A stretch of DNA of 64,000 bases from Anaerolineae bacterium (GCA_963675785.1 OY776562.1:74516-138515); one strand, 5' to 3'; shown: positions 1-10,788, numbered from the stretch's first letter. Made by a program: numbers and translations. The notes: a model not told the origin generated them from the letters alone.

Positions 1-32
1 TAGTTTTTTATCCGTTAGAGGAGAGTTTCACG

Positions 33-443
33 ATGGAAAAGCAACCTGCGAATGACGAAAGATCTCCGTCTCAGCTAATCGATGAGCGAATTGAGGAATT
101 AGGTGATTGGCGGGGGCAGATGCTCTCCAAGATACGAACCCTGGTCAAAGAAGTCGATCCGGAGGTAGTCGAGGAGTGGAAATGGCGAGGAACCCCTGTG
201 TGGTCTGACGATGGAATGATATGTACTGGAGAGACTTATAAGAATGCTGTCAAAATGACTTTCGCCAAGGGAGCATCATTAGAGGATCCCACGCATCTTT
301 TCAACGCCAGTTTGGACGGGAATGTCAGAAGGGCCATTGATTTTCACGAGGGGGACACACTGGACGAGGAGGCGCTTAAGGAACTAATCTGTGCCGCCAT
401 AGCCCTAAACAAGTCCAATCGTAAGGCTTCTCGTAAAGGGTGA
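33..443 (+). CDS. DUF1801 (YdhG-like) domain protein
   Basis: 136-aa ORF with an AGGAGAG RBS upstream; sequence pattern typical of the DUF1801 family (WRGQMLSKIRTLVKEVDPEVVEEWKWRGTPVW). Confidence 0.55.
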   Translation: MEKQPANDERSPSQLIDERIEELGDWRGQMLSKIRTLVKEVDPEVVEEWKWRGTPVWSDDGMICTGETYKNAVKMTFAKGASLEDPTHLFNASLDGNVRRAIDFHEGDTLDEEALKELICAAIALNKSNRKASRKG

Positions 444-545
444 GTTTTTCCGTCAATAGGGGTTCGTGCCTGCTTAGGTTGATACTGAGAGCGTGCCGAT
501 AAACTTCTGCGCATATGAATTTCTAGAATTCAGAGGCTTTTTTAG

Positions 546-950
546 AAAGTTACTCTATCGCCTTCGCGCGAAATTGCTTTGGATGCCGAGGTCATTGAGA
601 CCATCAAGCACGTGCTTGCAGCCCATACCACGCCCTTTGTGGCGTGCAAAACTTGGACAACCGACGCCTTTTACCGCGAGACGCCGGATATGATTACCTA
701 TCGCAAAGAAGAGGGCTGCTCTGTTGTCGAGATGGAGTGCGCCACCATGGCCGCAGTGGCCAGGTTTCGTGGGGTTCACTTTGGGCAACTTCTCTACAGT
801 GGCGATATCCTGACCGATTACGCCAACTATGATGAGAGGGATTGGAGCAAGAACCTGACCGCCAGGCAAAAACTATTCCACCTGTCCCTAGCCGTTATTG
901 GAGAACTGGCCAAACATGAGGAGATAAACGATGCTGACTCTGACGCATGA
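546..950 (+). pseudogene. 3' fragment of a PNP/UDP-family nucleoside phosphorylase gene (N-terminal ~100 aa absent)
   Basis: The frame is open only from 546. It reads ...TWTTDAFYRE...GCSVVEMECATMAAVARFRGVHFGQLLYSGDILTD, matching the C-terminal half of DeoD/Udp-type phosphorylases (the VEME(A/C)A motif). No upstream frame supplies an N-terminal half, and the track start is a TTG. Confidence 0.45.
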
Positions 951-1605
951 CCTGGCACAGCGCTATCCTGGGGCGGCTGTTGGCCTTTTGGCGATGCACG
1001 ATGTGGTGAATGCTGCTGCTCATGAAAAGCTGGATGAAATCCGTGGCGAGATTGAGCGTTCATTACGAGAAAAGTATGGCGCTATGTCTCGCAACGCGCT
1101 CAAGGCCTTGTATCCCATGGATGTGTATGTAGCTTACTACAAGGCCTTTGGTTATAGCTATCATGTCCTCTCTCAAGTGGAATCGATTATGAAGGGCAAG
1201 TTGATCCCCAATGTTTCCTCATTAGTAGAAGCTATGTTCATGGCTGAACTCAAGAACATGCTCTTGACCGCTGGTCATGATTTGGACAAGCTTGCGGAGC
1301 CGTTACTGTTGGCTTTATCGACAGGGGAAGAATGTTTTACCGCCTTGAGCGGCAAAGAGGTATCCACTGTGGTGGGCGATATGATGATTAGCGATAGCGA
1401 GGGCGTCATTTCCAGTATCTTGCGCGGCCCCGACGCTCGGACCAGCATTGGTCCTAAAACCACGCGCGTGCTCTATGTGGTCTATGCGCCGCCTACTATC
1501 GAGGATTCGGTGCTCTATAGCCATCTTGATGACATCGAAAGCTATGTACGTCTTTTGGGTGAGCCAGTTATGGACTTCAAGCACGTCTTGCGCGCTGCTC
1601 GATAA
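931..1605 (+). CDS. B3/4 domain (tRNA-binding-like) protein
   Basis: 224 aa; conserved B3/4 pattern (GAAVGLLAMHDVVN..., PNVSSLVEAMFMAELKNMLLTAGHDLDKL, RVLYVVYA). Confidence 0.5.
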   Translation: MLTLTHDLAQRYPGAAVGLLAMHDVVNAAAHEKLDEIRGEIERSLREKYGAMSRNALKALYPMDVYVAYYKAFGYSYHVLSQVESIMKGKLIPNVSSLVEAMFMAELKNMLLTAGHDLDKLAEPLLLALSTGEECFTALSGKEVSTVVGDMMISDSEGVISSILRGPDARTSIGPKTTRVLYVVYAPPTIEDSVLYSHLDDIESYVRLLGEPVMDFKHVLRAAR

Positions 1606-1656
1606 CAAGGGTGCCCCATCTATTTTACTATCCTATGAACGATGGCAGACATCGAA

Positions 1657-2226
1657 TTAGGATAAATCCATGATGCTGTTTGTCATCAACTTTTCGGCTA
1701 ACTCTGCCATACGTTCTGGGGATTCTTGCATACCGTTTTCAAACCAACGGCGCAGCATTGCCACACAGCCAAAGGTCACAAAGTCATAATAGTATTCATA
1801 GTATTCTTCTTTACCGTTCCCAAAGAGCTTCCGCCATTCGCTTTGGTTCTGCGGACGACCTCGCTCGATGATCTGGTTTAGAAGCCTTGTTTCTCGTGCG
1901 TGAAAGATGGCAATAAAAAGATCTGAATTTGCGGCTATGTATTGAAACAGATCAAATAGTGCTGACATCCAAAGAATCTGTGACTGCGTCTTGTATTTCC
2001 CCAAAATGGCAGTGAAATCCTCTACGACCTCTTCCTCAGTTTGTTCAAAAAGATCATAGATATCCTTATAGTGCAGATAAAAAGTCCCCCGATTGATATC
2101 AGCAAGTTCAGTAAGCTCGCTTACCGAAATATCCTTTAAATTTTTCTTCATCAGCAGCTGTGTCAAGGCCTGCCGAATCCTCGCGTTCGTTTTACGAATG
2201 CGACGGTCATCATTTGCCTTTTTCAT
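1657..2226 (-). CDS. TetR/AcrR family transcriptional regulator
   Basis: N-terminal HTH signature RRIRKTNARIRQALTQLLMKKNLKDISVSELTELADINRGTFYLHY. The start is chosen at the internal ATG (2226) rather than the longer ORF. It is divergent from the ABC efflux genes. Confidence 0.8.
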   Translation of the reverse strand: MKKANDDRRIRKTNARIRQALTQLLMKKNLKDISVSELTELADINRGTFYLHYKDIYDLFEQTEEEVVEDFTAILGKYKTQSQILWMSALFDLFQYIAANSDLFIAIFHARETRLLNQIIERGRPQNQSEWRKLFGNGKEEYYEYYYDFVTFGCVAMLRRWFENGMQESPERMAELAEKLMTNSIMDLS

Positions 2227-2324
2227 GGCGAAATCTTTTCCTTCTTGCACAACTGATGGAGAGTTTGTTGATTTTCCGACAAATGTCCGATGTCTCAATA
2301 CTTGAGGTTTTTCTTATCCCCTAC

Positions 2325-2343
2325 TATAATAGACAGCTGACTA
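2325..2343. promoter_or_regulatory. -10-like TATAAT followed by an imperfect 14-bp palindrome TAGaCAGCTGaCTA (candidate TetR operator and promoter of the efflux operon)
   Basis: The palindrome is read directly from the sequence. It sits between the divergent TetR gene and the ABC ATPase gene. Confidence 0.3.
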
Positions 2344-2387
2344 AAAATCAACGAGTGGTTAATATCTTGCAAGAAGGATGTGTTGTA

Positions 2388-3089
2388 ATGAGCTTTATCA
2401 CGCTTGATGAAGTTACAAAGCATTACAGAATGGGCGAAGTGATAGTCAAGGCTGCAGATGGCGTAAGCTTTCAGATAGAAAAAGGTGAATTAGCTGTTGT
2501 GCTTGGTCCGAGCGGGGCTGGGAAAACAACAGTGCTCAATATGCTTGGTGGCATGGATACCTGCGATGGTGGACACATTGTGGTTGATTCCATGGACATT
2601 AGTTCGCTAAACGCCAAGCAACTTACCGTTTTCCGGCGCAAAGATATTGGTTTCGTGTTTCAGTTTTACAACCTAATTCCCAATCTTACAGCACTGGAAA
2701 ATGTGGAACTCGCCTCTCAGATCTGTGAGAATCCTTTGGATTCTGCCGAGATATTGGCAGAAGTGGGACTGCACGACAGGACGGATAACTTTCCATCTCA
2801 ACTCTCTGGTGGAGAGCAACAACGTGTCGCGATTGCCCGCGCTTTGGCAAAGAACCCCAAACTATTGCTTTGTGACGAACCAACTGGTGCGCTTGACGAT
2901 GATACAGGCAAAGTCGTCCTCTCACTGCTTCAGAAAACGAGTCATGAGAAGGGAATGACCGTCATTATTATCACCCATAACCAGGCCATTACTCCAATGG
3001 CAGATCGTGTCATCCATATCCGAAACGGCAAAGTGGATGATATTCTTGTCAACAAAGCCCCTGTTCCTATCGCTCAGATAGAGTGGTAA
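2388..3089 (+). CDS. ABC transporter ATP-binding protein (MacB/LolD/FtsE-like)
   Basis: Walker [10 protein letters not shown], signature [15 protein letters not shown], Walker [13 protein letters not shown]. Start at ATG 2388 inside the longer ORF. Confidence 0.85.
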   Translation: MSFITLDEVTKHYRMGEVIVKAADGVSFQIEKGELAVVLGPSGAGKTTVLNMLGGMDTCDGGHIVVDSMDISSLNAKQLTVFRRKDIGFVFQFYNLIPNLTALENVELASQICENPLDSAEILAEVGLHDRTDNFPSQLSGGEQQRVAIARALAKNPKLLLCDEPTGALDDDTGKVVLSLLQKTSHEKGMTVIIITHNQAITPMADRVIHIRNGKVDDILVNKAPVPIAQIEW

Positions 3090-6000
3090 GCTCCATGACC
3101 AAGAATGCATTTTGGAAAGATAGTCTACGGCAAGTGCGGGCTACACTAAATCGTTTCTTGGCTATTCTTGTCATAACGGCCTTGGGAGTTGCTTTTTTTG
3201 CCGGGCTTAGAGCATCTGGCCCCGACATGAGAGCTACGGCCTCAGCGTATTACGACGAATTGAATTTCATGGACGTCAGGTTGCTCTCCACCATCGGTTT
3301 CGATGAGAATGATGTGGATGCCGTAAGAAACACGCAAGGTGTTCTCGGTGTGATGCCAGCCTATTCCTATGATGCGATTGTCGAGCTATCGAGTGAGAAC
3401 TTGACCATTCGGTTGGACTCTTTGAGTGAAGAACCTAATACAGAAAACGATATCAACGCTCCCAATGTAGTAGAAGGGCGTATGCCGGAAAGTAGCGGCG
3501 AATGTCTTGTCGATCCCCACTTTATAACGCTCTCTGGCTATCAAATCGGGGATACCGTGAACTTGGTCTCAGGTACGGCTACGCTCATTTCGGATACTTT
3601 GAAAACAGACGCATTCCAGATTGTGGGAATTGCAGAGAGCCCTTTGTATATTTCCAATGAACGGGGATCTAGTGATATTGGCAGTGGCAAGATGGACGCC
3701 TATGTTATGGTGCCTGCAGGTGATTTCACTTTGCCAGTCTATACAGAGATATATGTGACAATCGAGAATGAGGCCGGGCGTTCTCGATTTGAGGATACGT
3801 TTACGGATTTACTAGAGCCAATCGAAACCGCTTTGAAAGATGTCGGAGAGCTTCGAGCAAGTGTGCGTTATGCTGAAATCCAAGACGAAGCAACCCAAGA
3901 ACTGGATGACGCTAAAGCGGAACTCAACGATGGATGGGCGGAATACAATCAAAGTAAAGCGGATTTCGATACACAGATTGCTGATGCACAGCAACAACTT
4001 GATGATGGATATGTCCAATACAACCAAGGTCTGGCAGAATATGCGGCGGGCCTCAGTGCACTTGAGGCAGCAAAAACAGATACGGAAGCGCAGTTTTCCC
4101 AAGCTGAGGATCAATTAGCACAGGGACAGACAGAATATGAAAGCGGGCTTGGCGCCTATAACGATGGCAAGGTCGTATATGATGCACTGGTTGATGCATT
4201 AGCAGCTGGTAACACGCCTGAAGCTATTGCGACTATTAGTGGATTGATCAGCGAGATGCAGGATGATGGCGCCGATCTTGCGATGGTGCTCTCTGCTTAT
4301 GTGGACAATCCTGATGATGCTACGAGTATAGCGGCAGCACAGGGAGCAGTTGCAGAGTTTGGCAATGTGCTCGAGCAAAGCAAGCAACAGCTCGATGAAG
4401 TAGCGGGCACGCTTGATGAAAAAAGCGTCGAATTGGAACAAGCACGCCTCGATGCTCAAAGCCAATTGGATGAATCCCAGGATCAGCTCGATGAATCATC
4501 CAGTCAGCTCAACGATCTAAAAGAAACCCTTGACAAAAATCGCGAGGAACTCGAACAGTCGCGAATTGAGGGGCAAGATGGGTTGGCTGAAGCCAAAGAG
4601 AGACTTGAGGAAGCAGCGCAGGAGATAGCGGATGGCGAAGAGCAGTTAGCTGAGCTTGAAATGCCAGAATGGTACATCCTCGATCATGATACCAACATTG
4701 GCTTTGCCAGCTACAAAGAAGACGCAGAGCGTATCGATACGCTCAGTGTTGTTTTCCCCCTACTTTTCTTCCTGGTGGCGATACTCGTATCCATGACCTC
4801 GATGACACGCCTTGTGGAGAGCGATCGTCCTCATATCGGCACCCTCAAAGCATTGGGCTATAGCAATGGCAAAATCGCCTCGCGCTATCTGCTTTATGCC
4901 CTGGCAGCCTCATCTTTGGGTAGCGGGATTGGTTTGATTGTAGGTTTTAACCTTTTCCCCCGAGTGATTTTCAACGCTTATAGTGTGCTCTACAACTTGC
5001 CGCCGATCATGGCTGATTTTAACCTCAAATTTGCGGTTATTTCGACAGTAGCTGCAGTTTCATGCGCAACTCTGCCAGCCTGGTTTATCTGTGTGCGGGC
5101 ATTAAGAGGTACCTCTGCTGAGATGATGCGCCCCGCCGCACCGAATAGTGGCAAACGTATTTTGCTTGAGCGCATCACGCCGCTTTGGAAGATGCTGAAC
5201 TTTTCTCAAAAAGTGGCGATGCGAAATCTCTTTCGCTACAAAAAGCGTTTTTTCATGACGATATTCGGTGTTGCTGGCTGCACGGCACTCATGTTTGCTG
5301 GATTTGGGCTGCGCGATGGTATCACGACGATCGAACCCAAGCAGTACGAAAACATTCAGCGCTATGATTTACAGATCGACTTTGAAGGGGATGCCCCAGC
5401 GGAAGAGAAGCAATCTCTGGATGAAGAAATAACAAGCAGTGCAGGCATTTTGTCAGAAACCGAATTATTCCAAGAGTCAGTGGATTTTTTGAGTGATGGA
5501 CAGCTCAAATCAACAACGCTGATTGTGCCCGAAGTGATATCTGAATTTTCAGATTTTATCCATCTTCAAAATCGCGAGACACAAGAAACACTTGTTCTCT
5601 CGGATGATTCGGTCATTATTACAGAAAGACTGTCCGTATTGTTTGATTTGCAGGTGGGAGATACTTTCGTCCTTCGGGATGGCGATGGACAAGAAGCGAC
5701 AGTCCAAGTGGGCGGCATCGCGGAATACTATCTGTATCACTATATTTACATGTCCCCGTCACTGTATCGCTCATCTTTTGGAAAAGAGCCTGTCGCGAAT
5801 CAGATGTTGTGTCTCCTTCGTGACCCTGCGGACGACAATAGCGCGCTTGCTACGAGTTTGCTGGAACAATCTTGCGTAACCTCTGTGACGCTCACTGCGA
5901 ATGTAAGAGCTTCATTCGAAAACATTGTCAATTCCTTGCACTATGTCGTTTGGGTTCTGATCATATCTGCTGCGATGCTTGTGTTCGTCGTGCTCTTTAG

Positions 6001-6337
6001 TTTGACCACGATTAACTTGGAGGAACGTGGTCGAGAGTTGGCGACGATCAAGGTGCTTGGTTTTTATGACTGGGAGCTTGCTGCTTATATATATCGTGAG
6101 AACAGTCTCTTGACTATCATAGGCACTGTTTTGGGGCTTTTACTTGGCATAGTCCTTCAGCGTTACATCATTACGACGATGGAAACAGACGTGCTCATGT
6201 TCAGCCGCGATCTCTTGTGGCAAAGCTATGTCTATTCGGCTGGCCTGACCATCTTTTTTGCTGCTGTAGTAAATCTTGTCATGTTTCGGCACATCTCCAA
6301 GATTGATATGGTCTCATCGCTCAAGAGCATTGAATAG
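3083..6337 (+). CDS. FtsX-family ABC transporter permease with a large extracytoplasmic coiled-coil domain (two FtsX modules)
   Basis: 1084 aa; an N-terminal TM segment, a long QLDDG/QLDES-rich extracellular region and two four-TM FtsX-like blocks. It overlaps the ATPase stop. The start could be GTG 3083 or ATG 3095. Confidence 0.8.
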   Translation: MVSSMTKNAFWKDSLRQVRATLNRFLAILVITALGVAFFAGLRASGPDMRATASAYYDELNFMDVRLLSTIGFDENDVDAVRNTQGVLGVMPAYSYDAIVELSSENLTIRLDSLSEEPNTENDINAPNVVEGRMPESSGECLVDPHFITLSGYQIGDTVNLVSGTATLISDTLKTDAFQIVGIAESPLYISNERGSSDIGSGKMDAYVMVPAGDFTLPVYTEIYVTIENEAGRSRFEDTFTDLLEPIETALKDVGELRASVRYAEIQDEATQELDDAKAELNDGWAEYNQSKADFDTQIADAQQQLDDGYVQYNQGLAEYAAGLSALEAAKTDTEAQFSQAEDQLAQGQTEYESGLGAYNDGKVVYDALVDALAAGNTPEAIATISGLISEMQDDGADLAMVLSAYVDNPDDATSIAAAQGAVAEFGNVLEQSKQQLDEVAGTLDEKSVELEQARLDAQSQLDESQDQLDESSSQLNDLKETLDKNREELEQSRIEGQDGLAEAKERLEEAAQEIADGEEQLAELEMPEWYILDHDTNIGFASYKEDAERIDTLSVVFPLLFFLVAILVSMTSMTRLVESDRPHIGTLKALGYSNGKIASRYLLYALAASSLGSGIGLIVGFNLFPRVIFNAYSVLYNLPPIMADFNLKFAVISTVAAVSCATLPAWFICVRALRGTSAEMMRPAAPNSGKRILLERITPLWKMLNFSQKVAMRNLFRYKKRFFMTIFGVAGCTALMFAGFGLRDGITTIEPKQYENIQRYDLQIDFEGDAPAEEKQSLDEEITSSAGILSETELFQESVDFLSDGQLKSTTLIVPEVISEFSDFIHLQNRETQETLVLSDDSVIITERLSVLFDLQVGDTFVLRDGDGQEATVQVGGIAEYYLYHYIYMSPSLYRSSFGKEPVANQMLCLLRDPADDNSALATSLLEQSCVTSVTLTANVRASFENIVNSLHYVVWVLIISAAMLVFVVLFSLTTINLEERGRELATIKVLGFYDWELAAYIYRENSLLTIIGTVLGLLLGIVLQRYIITTMETDVLMFSRDLLWQSYVYSAGLTIFFAAVVNLVMFRHISKIDMVSSLKSIE

Positions 6338-6402
6338 TGGAGTATACTGGGGTATCATCGCGACTTGTTGGCTTGTTGTGCTCATAAAGGGATGAAAAGA
6401 AG

Positions 6403-8730
6403 ATGGTCAAGTTTGCTGCGCAGTGTCTCGATGGCATCTATCGGATGGCTTATATGCCGCAGAAAGAATATGCTTCTTGTGCGATCGAGTTCAATACCAT
6501 GGCTGCGCTTGAGGAGCACGATTGTTCAATCATCCCTGCTACGGTTCCTGGTAATTCCGAGCTCGACCTGCAGGCCGCTGGCCTCATCGATGAACCTTTT
6601 TACGGCAGCAATATCATCGAGCTGCAAAAGTACGAGAACTATCATGTGTTCTATTCCAAAACCTTTGACTATACGCCGAACGGAAGCGATCCTCAGCTTT
6701 ACTTTGAGGGCATCGACACCTTCGCTGATATCTATTTGAACGGCGTATTGCTTGGCCATACTGAAAACATGCTCATCCCTCACCAAATGAGAGCCACAAG
6801 CACGGTAGAGGGTGAAAACGAGCTGTTCGTCCATATCTACCCGACTTGCATCAAGGCTCGCAAGCATGATCTCGGCGCGGCGGATAATGCTATGCGCTAT
6901 ACCTATGACTCGCTACTGGTGCGTAAGGCGGCCCACATGTTCGGCTGGGATATCATGCCGCGCGCCGTCTCGGCTGGCCTCTGGCGTTCTGTGTCGCTGC
7001 TCTCTGTTCCTAACCACTATGTTCGCGAAGCTTATTTGATGACTAACCGCCTCTCTGCTGACCAAGATCGAGCTTACTGTGAACTCTTTTATCGATTCGA
7101 GATCGGCGATGATCCCATCAAAGGATATTCTTTCACCCTGACAGCCGATTGTGGCGAATCCCATGTTCAGGTTAGTGATGTGCTCTGGTTTACCCAGGGC
7201 AAGCTGCGTTTCGAAATTGAGAATCCCAAATTATGGTGGCCAGTGGGGCGAGGCGACCAGAACCTCTACACCGTCACCATCACCCTCTTGTTCGAGGGAG
7301 CGCCTGTGGCTAGCGACACATTCCGCACGGGCATCCGCACCACTAAGCTGCGCCGCAGTGAGATTCTCAATGAAAACGGCGAGGGCGAATTCTGCTTTGT
7401 CATCAATGGTGAACGGATTTTCATCAAGGGTTCCAACTGGGTACCGGCCGATGCTTATCATTCTCGCGATCGAGAGCGCATTCCGGCCATGCTCGATTTG
7501 TGGACTGAAATTGGCTGCAACGCGTTACGTAGCTGGGGCGGTGGCGTCTATGAGGACGACCTTTTCTACGACATCTGTGACGAAAAGGGGATCATCGTTT
7601 GGGCCGACTTTGCCATGGGCTGCGGATCATATCCTCAGACCGAGAACATGCAAAAAGCTCTATATCACGAGGCCGAGGTCATTATCAAAAAGCTGCGGCA
7701 CCACCCTTCTATTTGTTTGTGGGCAGGCGATAATGAGAACGATTACTTTATGGCTTACAACTATGGCACCGATCCGAACCTCAATCTGTTGACTCGTAAG
7801 GTGTTGCCCGAAGCCATCCGTCGTCACGACCCGATACGGCCATTTCTCCCCAGTTCTCCCTATGTATCGCCTGCGGCTTGGACCGCTCATGATAGCAAGT
7901 TATTGCCAGAGAACCATCTTTGGGGGCCGCGAGACTATTTCAAAAGCGATTTCTACCGCCAAGCATCGGCATTGTTTGCGAGTGAGATGGGCTACCATGG
8001 CTGCCCTTCGCCTCGGTCGGTGAGGCGCTTTTTGCCGCCCGAGAGCGTCTGGACCGACTATTGCGATAACGCCGACTGGCTAACTCACGCCGCCTCGCCG
8101 GACTTGGATGGTCCCTACGCCTATCGCAATGAGCTGATGCGCAAGCATGTCAAGACTTTGTGGGGTATCGATCATTGTGAGAGCTTGGATCAGTTCGCAC
8201 GCGCTAGTCAGATATCCCAGGCCGAGGCTAAAAAGTATTTCATCGAGCGCTTTCGCGCGAAAAAGTGGCATCGCACTGGCGTCATTTGGTGGAACATCAT
8301 CGATGGGTGGCCCCAATTCTCGGATGCCGTCGTCGATTACTATTTCACGAAAAAGCTGGCTTTTTCCTACATCAAGCGTTCGCAGAATCCTCTTTGTTTT
8401 ATGATGGATGAGCCACAGGATGAAGAGCTACCTTTGGTAGCTAGCAACGATACGCGTTTCGATCAGGATACGACCTATCACGTTTTTACACTAGAGGATG
8501 GCGCCAAACATCTCGTCGACTCTGGGAGAGTGTGCGTCAGAGCTGATTCAGCCCAATGTGTGAGCAGACTGCCCTATGATGGCTTGGCCCAGACTTTTTA
8601 TTATATCGAGTGGGATAACGATCAGTATGCGGGGAATAATCACTTTTTAGCGGGTCGTCCACCATACGATTTAGTCTGGTACTTTGATATCATTCGCCGT
8701 CTGGGCTATGATCAGTTCGAGGGATTCTAA
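6403..8730 (+). CDS. Glycoside hydrolase family 2 (beta-mannosidase-like)
   Basis: 775 aa; GH2 catalytic-region motifs (WSLSVPNHY..., NALRSWGGGVYEDDLFYDICDEKGIIVWADFAMGCG, WAGDNEND). Confidence 0.7.
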   Translation: MVKFAAQCLDGIYRMAYMPQKEYASCAIEFNTMAALEEHDCSIIPATVPGNSELDLQAAGLIDEPFYGSNIIELQKYENYHVFYSKTFDYTPNGSDPQLYFEGIDTFADIYLNGVLLGHTENMLIPHQMRATSTVEGENELFVHIYPTCIKARKHDLGAADNAMRYTYDSLLVRKAAHMFGWDIMPRAVSAGLWRSVSLLSVPNHYVREAYLMTNRLSADQDRAYCELFYRFEIGDDPIKGYSFTLTADCGESHVQVSDVLWFTQGKLRFEIENPKLWWPVGRGDQNLYTVTITLLFEGAPVASDTFRTGIRTTKLRRSEILNENGEGEFCFVINGERIFIKGSNWVPADAYHSRDRERIPAMLDLWTEIGCNALRSWGGGVYEDDLFYDICDEKGIIVWADFAMGCGSYPQTENMQKALYHEAEVIIKKLRHHPSICLWAGDNENDYFMAYNYGTDPNLNLLTRKVLPEAIRRHDPIRPFLPSSPYVSPAAWTAHDSKLLPENHLWGPRDYFKSDFYRQASALFASEMGYHGCPSPRSVRRFLPPESVWTDYCDNADWLTHAASPDLDGPYAYRNELMRKHVKTLWGIDHCESLDQFARASQISQAEAKKYFIERFRAKKWHRTGVIWWNIIDGWPQFSDAVVDYYFTKKLAFSYIKRSQNPLCFMMDEPQDEELPLVASNDTRFDQDTTYHVFTLEDGAKHLVDSGRVCVRADSAQCVSRLPYDGLAQTFYYIEWDNDQYAGNNHFLAGRPPYDLVWYFDIIRRLGYDQFEGF

Positions 8731-8818
8731 GCGACTTTTTCCGATTTCTGTTGAAACGATAAAAGGAGGAGAGTTGGATGAACAGCGCTCCTCCTTTTCT
8801 AATACGCGCGCTCTAGGT

Positions 8819-9739
8819 CTACTGTTGATCGATAAGTTTTATGGTGACAATATCCCCTTGCTCGCAGTGCCCGTCACTATCAAAAGTAACCTGCATGGGG
8901 AACCCTTCATAATAGACTCGTTCATCGGTGTCAAAATCTGTGACCACGATAAGACCACTCCAGTGTTGCATCATGTCATCGACGAAAAAGGGTGTGTCCC
9001 AATATTGAAATGGCCTGCAAATACGCCCCAAACCTTCCATACCGATCCCGTCGGATGCTGTGTCGCTGGGCTTTTTCACTGTGACCACGTAAGCATCACT
9101 GGGCGTATAACCATCTTCAAAAGTGAGCTTGATGACAAAGGTGGCATCGGGAAAGGTAAGGGATACGACGCCGTCAGGGTATTTATCCGTGATATCCACG
9201 TCAATCTGCCCTTTTTCGGCATAGTAGGGCAATTCCCAACTCATGTCCTCATCATCATTGGGTATAAATTGAACCAGGGTCTCCTCATTTAGAGGATTGC
9301 GCAAGTAGATGTCCTCTTGCGTGGTAACGACGAGTTGCAGGCTATTATCTTGGCTTTTCTCGATCTGATAGGCCAAGTTATCATTGTATCGCAGATCTAT
9401 GGTAACTGCGCCATTCTCATCTGTTTCAAGTGGTGTACAACCTTGCTTGGCTGCGCCTGGCTCTGTGGGCAGGGTCCCTGGCTGAATCAAAAAAACGAGA
9501 TACGAGTCATCTTTATCTTCTGGATTGGTGAGGTTTGTCTGGATGGTCAATGTCGTATAGCCGAGTTCCTCGTTCACCTCGGCATCATCATCTACTGCGT
9601 CGCTAATGGTTGTGGCTGTGGAAGAGACTGTCGCGTTCGTATTGCTTTGTGGCGTGATCGTAGGGTTTTGTTCTTTGGGAGAACAGCCCGCCAATAATAA
9701 TGAAGTGATGAGCATAAATGTGAACAGGCTTTTTTTCAT
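8819..9739 (-). CDS. Hypothetical lipoprotein
   Basis: Lipoprotein signal MKKSLFTFMLITSLLLAGCS followed by a Thr/Ser/Asn-rich linker. The overlapping plus-strand ORF 8684..9292 is judged spurious. Confidence 0.6.
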   Translation of the reverse strand: MKKSLFTFMLITSLLLAGCSPKEQNPTITPQSNTNATVSSTATTISDAVDDDAEVNEELGYTTLTIQTNLTNPEDKDDSYLVFLIQPGTLPTEPGAAKQGCTPLETDENGAVTIDLRYNDNLAYQIEKSQDNSLQLVVTTQEDIYLRNPLNEETLVQFIPNDDEDMSWELPYYAEKGQIDVDITDKYPDGVVSLTFPDATFVIKLTFEDGYTPSDAYVVTVKKPSDTASDGIGMEGLGRICRPFQYWDTPFFVDDMMQHWSGLIVVTDFDTDERVYYEGFPMQVTFDSDGHCEQGDIVTIKLIDQQ

Positions 9740-9900
9740 GCGTCTTTCTCATGGCTTATTGCGGGGAATTGAGCCCCAGGTCGGATAACCTTAACAATCT
9801 AGCATAGCCTTAACATTCCTTCAATAGTAATGGACATACAAAAGGTTTCATATAGAATCCAAACACTGCGATGATGGAACAACCAAGGAGGACGTGAAGA

Positions 9901-10788
9901 ATGACGCCAAGACTACAGCAGTGTGCCCAGCGCTTGTTCGACCTCTATTTACGAGACGCGCCCCGAGCGGCAGTGATTCATGATGCGGCCTTTGGCGAGT
10001 TAGCTCAGGCGATAGGACTTTTGGGACCGTTTGAATCGTTCCTGATTAACGATAGTGCTCAGACCGAAACAGCCGTCCAGTATAGTTTGGATGAAGCTTT
10101 TCCCACGCTCGTGTTGGTCGAGCCGAACAGCTATGTGAAGATGACCCTTTACAAGTGGTTGGATTTCAGCTTGGGCGCCCCACATATCGCCAACCTGAAT
10201 GCGCCTTCCGCCATTTGTGTCTTTCCTCTTGAGAGCACCTATCGCATTTTCTCCTCGGATGCCGAGGCCGATGCTCGTGCCAAAGGGCAACTCTTGAGCG
10301 ACCTTGAGGCAAACAGCGCTTATTCGGTGACCACCGAGAATGGCACATCTTTGCGTTTTATCTCGCGCCATTGGATCGACGATGGCTATGAGGTACTCAC
10401 TGCACCCATCGAAAGCTCGGTCGAGGGCGTAATTGCGGTAGATGGTGCTCTCTTTTTCCAAAGGATCGATAGCACTCTTGAGTTCATCATTGAGGCAGGT
10501 AAAATCGTCGACATCAAGCCGCGTGATGGGCGGGGGCATGAACTGGTAGAGCAGTACAAGCGGATGACAGCTTCTGATTTTCGAGACCCCGTGAACATAC
10601 AGTTAGCTGAGGTGGGCATTGGTTGCAACACTGGGGCCATCATCAGCGATTGTTTTATGGAAGCCGAGATGGTCTATGGCACCTGTCATTTCTGCTTTGG
10701 TAATAACGCTTGTTATGGGGGTGATAATCCCAGTGATTTTCATGGCGCTTCTGTGCTGATCAAATCTCCCGTTTTTACGCGCCTCTAA
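9901..10788 (+). CDS. Hypothetical protein (possibly M29/aminopeptidase-T-like fold)
   Basis: 295-aa ORF with a GGAGG RBS; only weak family resemblance (C-terminal EVGIGCNTG...CHFCFGNN). Confidence 0.4.
   Translation: MTPRLQQCAQRLFDLYLRDAPRAAVIHDAAFGELAQAIGLLGPFESFLINDSAQTETAVQYSLDEAFPTLVLVEPNSYVKMTLYKWLDFSLGAPHIANLNAPSAICVFPLESTYRIFSSDAEADARAKGQLLSDLEANSAYSVTTENGTSLRFISRHWIDDGYEVLTAPIESSVEGVIAVDGALFFQRIDSTLEFIIEAGKIVDIKPRDGRGHELVEQYKRMTASDFRDPVNIQLAEVGIGCNTGAIISDCFMEAEMVYGTCHFCFGNNACYGGDNPSDFHGASVLIKSPVFTRL

Noticed and set aside
3840-4640. Periodic QLDDG/QLDES/ELEQ repeats suggestive of a DNA tandem repeat
   Set aside because: The periodicity is at the protein level (coiled-coil heptads in the extracytoplasmic domain of the FtsX-type permease). 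The nucleotide sequence is not a tandem repeat array.
9901-10788. Calling this ORF an M29 aminopeptidase
   Set aside because: The resemblance is limited to a short C-terminal Cys/His-rich stretch, and the length (295 aa) is shorter than typical aminopeptidase T. It is kept as hypothetical.
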